DNA of 64,000 bases from an uncultured Acidobacteriota bacterium (GTDB taxonomy: Bacteria; Acidobacteriota; Thermoanaerobaculia; UBA5066; Gp7-AA6): assembly GCA_963782585.1 (NCBI GenBank), contig CAWAKL010000001.1:250133-314132 (forward strand). The letters run 5' to 3'. The number at the start of each line of letters is the position of its first letter. Positions within the stretch are counted from its first letter, which is position 1. The translations under genes were made by a program, and so were the position numbers. Shown here one piece after another: positions 57,578 to 64,000 of this stretch. The notes below the pieces were generated by a model. The model saw nothing but the letters and a program-made list of their open reading frames with translations, ran no database searches and was not told the DNA's origin.

Positions 57578-59650
57578 CTACGCCGGGGCCAGAACCAGCT
57601 CGACCTCGTCCTCCGGCGTCTCGGCCGCGGCGGTTTCCTGCGCCTTCGCCGGCTCGGGCGCCGGTATCGGCTTGAGAAAGAGCGCCCCGAGAGGAGGCAG
57701 CGAGAGCGCGAGGCTGTGGGAGCGGCCGTGCACGGGAACTCCGAGCGCGACGGCCCGCCCCATGTTGCCGACGCCACTTCCCCCGTAGACCGTCGCGTCG
57801 CTGTTGGCGAGCTCCACCCAGTCCTCTCCTCCGTCGACGCCGACGAGATAGCCGTGGCGCGGCACCGGCGTGAAGTTGAAGACGCCGACGACCCGCTCGC
57901 CGCGTGTCTGGCCGTGGCGCTCGAGAGAGACGATGCTGTGGTCCGCGTCGTTGCAGTCGATCCACTCGAACCCCCGGGGATCGAAGTCGAGCTCGTGGAG
58001 GGCGGGCTCCGCCCGGAGCAGCCGGTTCAGGTCGCGGACCCAGAGCCGCAGTCCGGCGTGCCGCGGATCGTCGAGAAGATGCCAGTCCAGGCTGGTGTCG
58101 TGGTTCCACTCCTTCCACTGGCCGAACTCGCCGCCCATGAAGAGGAGCTTCTTGCCCGGCAGCGCCCACATGTAGGCCAGCAGCAGGCGCAGGCTCGCCG
58201 CCATCTTCCAGGCGTCGCTCCCGGGCATCTTGGAGATCAGCGACTTCTTCAGGTGCACGACCTCGTCGTGCGAGAGCGGCAGCACGAAGTTCTCCGAGTA
58301 CGCGTACATCCGGCGGAACGTGAGCTTGCCGTGGTGGAACTTGCGGTGGATGGGGTCGAGCTCCATGTAATCGAGCGTGTCGTTCATCCAGCCCATGTCC
58401 CACTTCATCGAGAACCCGAGGCCGCCGATGTAGGTCGGACGCGAGACCATCGGCCAGGAGGTGGACTCCTCGGCGATCGTCACGGCGTCGGGGAAGCTCC
58501 GCCCGATTTCCTCGTTGAGCTTCCGGAGGAACACGATCGCGTCGATGTTCTCCCGACCGCCGAACTGGTTGGGCACCCACTCGCCGGCCTTGCGCGAGAA
58601 GTCGAGGTAGATCATCGACGCGACCGCGTCGACCCGCAGCCCGTCGATGTGGAAGCGGTCGAGCCAGTACAGCCCCGAAGACAGCAGAAAGGACCGCACC
58701 TCGTGCCGTCCATAGTTGAAGACGCAGCTTCCCCAGTCGGGCTGGTAGCCCTTGCGCCAGTCAGCGTGCTCGTAGAGGTGGGTGCCGTCGAAGTAGACGA
58801 GGCCGTGCTCATCCGAGGGAAAGTGCGACGGCACCCAGTCGAGCAGAACGCCGATGCCGGCCTGGTGCAGCGTGTCGACGAGATACATGAAGTCCTGGGG
58901 CGTGCCGAAGCGGGAGGTCGGCGCGAAGAAGCCGGTTGCCTGGTAGCCCCACGAGCCGGTGAAGGGATGCTCGTTGACCGGCAGTAGCTCGACGTGCGTG
59001 AAGCCCATCGCGCGCGCGTACTCGGCGAGAAGGGGCGCGGTCTCGCGGTACGTCAGCGAGCGGTTCGCCTCGTCCGGCACGCGGCGCCAGGAGCCGAGGT
59101 GGACCTCGTAGATGGACATTGGCGAGGTCGTGAACGGCCGCTCGCCGCGCCGGCGCATCCACTCGCCGTCGCCCCACGTGTAGTCCAGATCCCAGACGAC
59201 CGAGCCCGTCCGCGGAGGCGGCTCGTGGCGCACGCCGTAGGGGTCCGCCTTGTCGACCGTGTACCCCTGAATGCGCGACAGGATGCGGTACTTGTAGATT
59301 GCGCCCCGGGAAACTCCCGGGATGAAGGCGTCCCAGATGCCGGAGACGCCGACCGCCTGCATTGGGTGCTTCTCGGCGTTCCAGCCGTTGAAGTCTCCGA
59401 CGACCGAGACGGCGGCCGCGTTCGGCGCCCAGACCGAAAACTGCGTCCCCGCGACGCCCGCGACCGTCCTGGGATGGGCGCCGAGCTTTTCGTAAAGCCG
59501 CGCGTGGTTGCCTTCGTTGAAGAGATAGAGGTCGTCGGCCGACAGGAGCTCTTCCCCGTAGCGCGGCGGACCAACCAGCGCTTCGGATCGCCGCCGCGTC
59601 TTTCTCGGCTCCTGCTTCTCCGCCAGTCGAGCCTCCCGTTGGGGAGGCAG
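57578..59650 (-). CDS. glgB: 1,4-alpha-glucan branching enzyme GlgB (GH13); N-terminal region present in-frame up to about 59746 but no canonical start codon found (5' end unresolved)
   Basis: Has …VWAPNAAAVSVVGDFNGWN…, LLDWVPSHF, GLRVDAV and FMGGEFG. The first in-frame ATG is at 59362, about 100 codons into the recognisable protein. Upper coordinate approximate. Confidence 0.75.
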   Translation of the reverse strand: MPPQREARLAEKQEPRKTRRRSEALVGPPRYGEELLSADDLYLFNEGNHARLYEKLGAHPRTVAGVAGTQFSVWAPNAAAVSVVGDFNGWNAEKHPMQAVGVSGIWDAFIPGVSRGAIYKYRILSRIQGYTVDKADPYGVRHEPPPRTGSVVWDLDYTWGDGEWMRRRGERPFTTSPMSIYEVHLGSWRRVPDEANRSLTYRETAPLLAEYARAMGFTHVELLPVNEHPFTGSWGYQATGFFAPTSRFGTPQDFMYLVDTLHQAGIGVLLDWVPSHFPSDEHGLVYFDGTHLYEHADWRKGYQPDWGSCVFNYGRHEVRSFLLSSGLYWLDRFHIDGLRVDAVASMIYLDFSRKAGEWVPNQFGGRENIDAIVFLRKLNEEIGRSFPDAVTIAEESTSWPMVSRPTYIGGLGFSMKWDMGWMNDTLDYMELDPIHRKFHHGKLTFRRMYAYSENFVLPLSHDEVVHLKKSLISKMPGSDAWKMAASLRLLLAYMWALPGKKLLFMGGEFGQWKEWNHDTSLDWHLLDDPRHAGLRLWVRDLNRLLRAEPALHELDFDPRGFEWIDCNDADHSIVSLERHGQTRGERVVGVFNFTPVPRHGYLVGVDGGEDWVELANSDATVYGGSGVGNMGRAVALGVPVHGRSHSLALSLPPLGALFLKPIPAPEPAKAQETAAAETPEDEVELVLAPA

Positions 59651-59770
59651 TCTACCCTCTCGCGCGTGAAGCTGACGGTCGCGCCGTCGTGGTGGAAGGA
59701 AAGCTGTCGCGCGGCGAGAAGTCTTGTGGCGGCAGGCTCCCGCAGCTTACGCGCGATCCCCGGGGACGGC

Positions 59771-62452
59771 TCACTCGCCGCGCAGCGCGATCATCGGGTC
59801 GACGCGCACCGCGCGGCGGGCGGGGATGAGCGCGGCCACGAGGCCGACCGCCGCGAGCACGGCCGCCGCGGCGACGAGCGTGCCCAGATCGCGCGGTCCG
59901 ACGCCGTAGAGGAGCTTCTGCAGGAGACGCGTCATCAGGAGCGAGCCGGCGAGCCCCGTCAGAAGCCCCGCGCCCACGAGCCCGACGGTCTGCCGCAGGA
60001 CGAGCCAGGCGATGTCCCGCGGGCGGCCGCCGAGGGCGACGCGGACGCCGATCTCGGTGGAGCGCTGCGCGACGGTGTACGCGAGGATGCCGTAGATCCC
60101 GATCCCGGCCAGAAGCAGCGCGAGACCAGCCAGGGAGGCGGCGATCACCGTCGTGAAGCGCGCCGCGGCGCGGGCCTGCCGCACGTAGTCCTCGAGCAGG
60201 CGAACCTTGGAGACGGCGAGGTCCCGATCGAGCCGCGCGACTTCGCGGCGGGCGGGGGCGGCGAGGCTCCGGGCGTCGGCGCCGGGAGCTCCGCGCAGCG
60301 TGAACGCGAGCTCGGGGCGGACGCTCTGGAAGAACGGGACGTAGACCTGCCCCCGGCCGTCGGCGCCGAGGTCCCGATACCGGATGTGGCGGACCACGCC
60401 CACGACTTCCGCGACCGTCGAGTCGAACGAGCCCTCGTGAATGAAGGAGACGCTGAGCCGCTTTCCGAGCGCGCTCTCGCCCGGCCACGTCTTCTTCGCG
60501 AGCGTCTCGTCCACCACGATGACGTTCGGATGCGCGGCGTCGTCCGCGTCGGCGAAGGTCCGGCCCTCCGTGACCGCGACGCCGAGGCTCTCGAAGAACC
60601 CGGGGAGCACGGCGCGGTGGTCCGCCATCGCACTGTTCTTCTCGGACTCGGCCGCGCCCTCGCGCCAGTAGTACTCGTACCAGTTCGGGTAATCGTCGAA
60701 AGGCAGATGCGACGTGGCGCCGACGGCCTCGACGCCCGGCAGCGCCGCGAAATTCGCCGAAAGCGTCTTCGCGAGACGCCGCCGGGACTCGTCGTCCGGA
60801 TATCGGCCGCCCTGGGCCGAGACCTGCAACGTCAGCGTTCCCTGGGGACGGAACCCGGGATCGGCGCCCGAGAGCGCGACGAAGGTCCGCACGAGAAGCC
60901 CCGCGCCGACGAGAAGCAGAAAGCCCAGGGCGACCTCGGCGAAGACGAGGACTTTCTGGGGCCGGGTGCGGCCTCCGCCGGAGCCCGACCCGCGGCCGCC
61001 CTCCTGGAGCGCCCGCGAAAGATCCCGCCGGGACGCGGTGACAGCCGGTGCGAGCCCGCAGACCAGGCCCGTCGCCCCGGCGAGAAGCAGCGTGAAGCCG
61101 AGCACGGTCCAGGAGAGACCCGTCGGAGCGAGCCGGGAGAGGCTTGCGGGGCGCAGCGCGAGGAGGGCCGCGAGGCCGAGGCGCCCGACGAGGAGCCCGA
61201 GCAGCGCGCCAAGCCCCGAGAGCACCAGGCTCTCGGTCAGAAGCTGCCTCGCGATGCGGCTGCGACTCGCGCCCAGGGCCGCGCGCAGCCCGATCTCCTT
61301 CTCGCGGCGGGTCGCTCGCGCGAGGAGGAGGTTCGCGACGTTCGCGCAGGCGATCAGGACGACGAGACCGACGCCGGCAAAGAGCGCGAGCAGGGCCGGC
61401 CGCACGTCCCGCACGGCGTCGGCGTGCAGCGGAACGATCTGGAGCTCGAGGCCGGGGGTCTTGTACTCGGCGAACTCCGCGCGCAGCCGTTCGGCGATCG
61501 CGGAAAGCTCCGCCTGCGCGCTGGCCGGCGTCGCCCGGGGCGCGAGGCGGGCGACCATGCGGATCCACCCCATGTCGCGGGGCATTTCCGCGAGGTCCTG
61601 GCCGAACGTCGTGAAGATCTCGATCCTCGGAGGAACGCTCGAGTCGCCCGCGAAGACGACGTCGAAGCCCTCGGGCATGACGCCCACGACCGTCGCGAGC
61701 CCGCCGTCGATGCGCACGGCTTTTCCGATCACTGCCGGGTCGCCGCCGAAGCGGCGCCGCCAGAATCCATCGGAGAGCACGACGGCCCGCGAGTCTCCAC
61801 TCGTCTCGTCGGCGGGAAGAAGCGTGCGGCCGAGCGCCGGAGGGACCCCGAAGATGGGAAGGAAGTTCGAGGTCGTCAGGGCGACGCGGACTCTTTCGGG
61901 CTCGCCCTCCCCCGTGATCGAGCCGGCGCCCACCCAGATCCCCGCCACGTCCGACAGCTGCCGGCTGCGACGGCGGATCTCGAGAACTTCGTGCCCGGAG
62001 GCCGGTACGCGCGGCTGCCGCGCCTCGCGGTAGCCCGTCCACAGCATCACGAGACGCGACGGCTCGGCGTACGGAAGCGGTGCGATCAGAGTCGCGTCGA
62101 GCACGGTGAAGATCGCCGTGTTGGCGCCGATGCCGAGGGCGAGCGTCGCGACGGCGACGGCGGAGAAACCCGGGCTCCGGCCGAGCATCCGGATGGCGTA
62201 GCGCACGTCCTGCCAGAAGGTCTCGAGGCCCGCACCGGCGCGGCTCTCGCGCACGGCCTCCTGGACCTGCGCGACGCCGCCCAGCGAGATCCGGGCCTGG
62301 CGGCGGGCCTCCTCGGGAGTCATCCCGGCCGCGACGTTCTCCTCGGCCAGCATCTCCACCGACGACGCCAGCTCCTCCGCGAGATCCCGCTCGACGCGCT
62401 CACGCCGGAAGAGGTTGCGCAGGAGAGACCGAAGTCGGGCTCCGACGGCCAT
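59771..62452 (-). CDS. ADOP-family duplicated FtsX/MacB-type ABC permease (893 aa)
   Basis: N-terminal MAVGARLRSLLRNLFRRERVERDLAEELASSVEMLAEENVAAGMTPEEARRQA… matches the ADOP family signature from memory. Two FtsX-like 4-TM modules are separated by large periplasmic domains. Confidence 0.85.
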   Translation of the reverse strand: MAVGARLRSLLRNLFRRERVERDLAEELASSVEMLAEENVAAGMTPEEARRQARISLGGVAQVQEAVRESRAGAGLETFWQDVRYAIRMLGRSPGFSAVAVATLALGIGANTAIFTVLDATLIAPLPYAEPSRLVMLWTGYREARQPRVPASGHEVLEIRRRSRQLSDVAGIWVGAGSITGEGEPERVRVALTTSNFLPIFGVPPALGRTLLPADETSGDSRAVVLSDGFWRRRFGGDPAVIGKAVRIDGGLATVVGVMPEGFDVVFAGDSSVPPRIEIFTTFGQDLAEMPRDMGWIRMVARLAPRATPASAQAELSAIAERLRAEFAEYKTPGLELQIVPLHADAVRDVRPALLALFAGVGLVVLIACANVANLLLARATRREKEIGLRAALGASRSRIARQLLTESLVLSGLGALLGLLVGRLGLAALLALRPASLSRLAPTGLSWTVLGFTLLLAGATGLVCGLAPAVTASRRDLSRALQEGGRGSGSGGGRTRPQKVLVFAEVALGFLLLVGAGLLVRTFVALSGADPGFRPQGTLTLQVSAQGGRYPDDESRRRLAKTLSANFAALPGVEAVGATSHLPFDDYPNWYEYYWREGAAESEKNSAMADHRAVLPGFFESLGVAVTEGRTFADADDAAHPNVIVVDETLAKKTWPGESALGKRLSVSFIHEGSFDSTVAEVVGVVRHIRYRDLGADGRGQVYVPFFQSVRPELAFTLRGAPGADARSLAAPARREVARLDRDLAVSKVRLLEDYVRQARAAARFTTVIAASLAGLALLLAGIGIYGILAYTVAQRSTEIGVRVALGGRPRDIAWLVLRQTVGLVGAGLLTGLAGSLLMTRLLQKLLYGVGPRDLGTLVAAAAVLAAVGLVAALIPARRAVRVDPMIALRGE

Positions 62453-62455
62453 GGC

Positions 62456-62788
62456 TTACGTCGACTCCAGCGCGAGACCGATCGCCGCCGACACGCGGGC
62501 CCACTCGCGCGCCTCCGCCGCGAGCTGCTTCTGGCCGGCCTTCGTGAGCGTGTAGAAGCGGGCGCGCCGGTTGTTCTCGGACCGCCCCCAGGAGGCCGCG
62601 ACCCAGCCGTTTTCCTCGAGGCGATTGAGCGCCGGAAAGAGCGAGCCGGGTTTGACGTCGAAGGCGCCGCGCGTCACGAGGCCGATTCGCCGCGACACGC
62701 CGAGACCGTGGAGGGGACCTCCGGCGAGAGCCTTGAGGACCAGGAGGTCGAGGGTGCCCTGCAGGAGCTCCGAGGTTTCGGCCGTCAT
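62456..62788 (-). CDS. PadR-family transcriptional regulator
   Basis: 110 aa. LLQGTLDLLVLKAL…SLFPALNRLEENGWV pattern. Confidence 0.85.
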   Translation of the reverse strand: MTAETSELLQGTLDLLVLKALAGGPLHGLGVSRRIGLVTRGAFDVKPGSLFPALNRLEENGWVAASWGRSENNRRARFYTLTKAGQKQLAAEAREWARVSAAIGLALEST

Positions 62789-62862
62789 CGTCTTCCTACA
62801 GACAGTCTATACGAACGCCGCGCCCCGGGGTTTTGAAGGTTTCATCGCATAATGCGCCGGCC

Positions 62863-63939
62863 ATGGATGGGACCGCGCTCGTCGTCTGCGACGGCTTCTT
62901 CGACACCGCGAACGGAAAGACCGCCCACGGCCTCGTCCGCGGGACGGAGCGGTACCGCGTCCTCGGCGTCGTCGACGCTCCGACAGCCGGCCGGGACGCC
63001 GGCGAGGTGCTCGACGGCCGGGCGCGCGGCATCCCGATTTTCGCGACTCTTCCGGAGGCGCTTCGCGCCCTGGCCGCCACTCCGGATTTCTGCGTCGTCG
63101 GCGTCGCGACCTCCGGCGGCCGCGTGACGCCCGGCCTGCGCGGCCTGCTCGCCGAGGCCATCTCCCTCGGAATGTCGGTCGTCAACGGGCTCCACGAGTT
63201 CGTCTCCGACGACGTCGAGCTCGCGGCCGCCGCCGCCACGAAGGGCGTCGCGATCACGGACGTACGCAAGACCGCGAAGCGGACGGAGCTTCACTTCTGG
63301 AGCGGGGAGATCGGGGAGGTGGCCGCGCCCCGCATCGCGGTCCTCGGCACCGACTGCGCCCTGGGCAAGCGGACAACGGCGCGCTTCCTGCTCGAGGCCT
63401 GCCGCCGGGCGGGCCTGAAGACCGAGCTGATCTTCACGGGCCAGACCGGCTGGATGCAGGGCGCTCCGTTCGGGTTCATCTTCGACTCCATCCCCAACGA
63501 CTTCGTATCGGGCGAGCTCGAGCACGCCGTCGTCTCCTGCTGGAGGGCCGCCCGTCCCGACCTCATCCTCTTCGAGGGGCAGTCCGCGCTGCGGAATCCG
63601 TCCGGCCCGTGCGGCTCCGAATTCCTCCTTTCGGGCGGTGCCAGGGGCGTCATCCTCCAGCATGCCCCGGCGCGTACCTTCTACGAAGGCCTCGAAGACC
63701 TCGGGTATCGGATCCCGCCGCTGGCCGACGAGATCGCGCTCATCGAGCGCTACGGCGCGAAGACGCTCGCCGTGACGCTGAACGGCGAGCATCGAACGCC
63801 CGACCAGCTCCGAGCCGACCAGGATCGCTACCGCGCCGAGCTCGGAATCCCGGTCGTGCGGCCGCTCGAGGAGGGCGTCGAGGAGCTGGTCCCGTTGATC
63901 CGCGACTTCGTAGCCCGAGAGGCGGCGGTGACGCGGTGA
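62863..63939 (+). CDS. DUF1611-family protein (P-loop/acetyltransferase-like; commonly paired with dipeptide epimerases)
   Basis: ATG 62863 chosen (MDGTALVVCDGFF…) inside ORF 62833..63939. Confidence 0.7.
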   Translation: MDGTALVVCDGFFDTANGKTAHGLVRGTERYRVLGVVDAPTAGRDAGEVLDGRARGIPIFATLPEALRALAATPDFCVVGVATSGGRVTPGLRGLLAEAISLGMSVVNGLHEFVSDDVELAAAAATKGVAITDVRKTAKRTELHFWSGEIGEVAAPRIAVLGTDCALGKRTTARFLLEACRRAGLKTELIFTGQTGWMQGAPFGFIFDSIPNDFVSGELEHAVVSCWRAARPDLILFEGQSALRNPSGPCGSEFLLSGGARGVILQHAPARTFYEGLEDLGYRIPPLADEIALIERYGAKTLAVTLNGEHRTPDQLRADQDRYRAELGIPVVRPLEEGVEELVPLIRDFVAREAAVTR

Positions 63940-64000
63940 GGATCCGCTCGATCCAGGTCGCCCGCGAGCTGTTCGCGCTGACCCGCCCGTACGCGATCGC
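63936..64000 (+). CDS. Start of a probable dipeptide (L-Ala-D/L-Glu) epimerase, enolase superfamily; truncated by window end
   Basis: GTG 63936 overlaps the upstream stop (GTGA). VRIRSIQVARELFALTRPYAIA resembles the N-terminus of dipeptide epimerases. Confidence 0.4.
   Translation, partial: MRIRSIQVARELFALTRPYAI

Noticed and set aside
54815-62836. 745-aa and 1280-aa plus-strand ORFs, and 796-aa minus ORF (59652..62042), over the GH57/glgB/ADOP region
   Set aside because: Antisense or out of frame to GH57, GlgB and the ADOP permease. Composition is junk.
1-64000. Search for tRNA/rRNA genes, CRISPR repeats, IS elements, integrases or phage structural genes
   Set aside because: Intergenic spaces are few and short (46-190 nt). 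None has tRNA-like arms with a CCA-proximal acceptor, and no direct-repeat arrays were seen. The only phage-associated item is a small holin-family protein, which is common in non-prophage contexts.

Overview
This is a very GC-rich bacterial chromosomal segment, roughly 70% GC by eye, with Arg/Pro/Ala-rich junk in the wrong frames. It is densely coding (about 50 CDS). No rRNA, tRNA, CRISPR array, IS element or integrase was recognised. Several genes suggest an Acidobacteria-like soil bacterium: a roughly 890-aa ADOP-type (Acidobacterial duplicated orphan permease) duplicated FtsX/MacB permease next to a PadR regulator, Ku/LigD non-homologous end joining, a GH57-containing glycogen cluster, and many PMT/ArnT-like membrane glycosyltransferases. 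This taxonomic placement is inference. The recognisable blocks, in order: a partial formaldehyde/alcohol dehydrogenase with CoxG and XdhC-type accessory genes; a LiaF-like/LytS/LytTR/secretory-lipase operon; a lipoate block (E2 acyltransferase, lipB, lipA) interleaved with a GT-C glycosyltransferase, a methyltransferase and two TonB-C-like secreted proteins; a radical-SAM gene; and a split LigD (ligase and polymerase domains as separate genes). The most interesting region is a roughly 22-kb cell-surface glycan island (18.9-40.5 kb). It holds six GT-C-fold membrane glycosyltransferases: three DUF2298 'YYY' type and several PMT/ArnT-like. One is a 1651-aa GT39+DUF2298+NHL-propeller fusion and another is a GT-C+NHL fusion. 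The island also contains a GT4, two SAM methyltransferases, an SDR epimerase, an SLH-domain (S-layer homology) surface protein of visibly lower GC, a eukaryote-type UDP-galactopyranose mutase, a DPM1-like polyprenyl-phosphate sugar synthase, and a mycobacterial-type decaprenyl-phosphate phosphoribosyltransferase (UbiA family). That combination is reminiscent of actinobacterial arabinogalactan precursor synthesis, but here it is coupled to GT-C/NHL/SLH surface machinery. Downstream are a MerR-TPR regulator with a Cys-rich secreted peptide and a His-tailed outer-membrane protein, a second Ku+LigD module, DUF72, an MFS transporter, AlkA, a holin-like protein, a glgB-GH57-glgP-malQ glycogen cluster, ADOP+PadR, and DUF1611 with a dipeptide epimerase start. 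A striking technical feature is the number of conserved genes (at least 12) interrupted by single-base frameshifts inside G/C-rich simple tracts. Assembly indels are more likely than mass pseudogenisation, but this needs checking. Adjacent genes very often overlap by 4 nt (ATGA/GTGA/TTGA). The supplied ORF track prints GTG/TTG starts as M.
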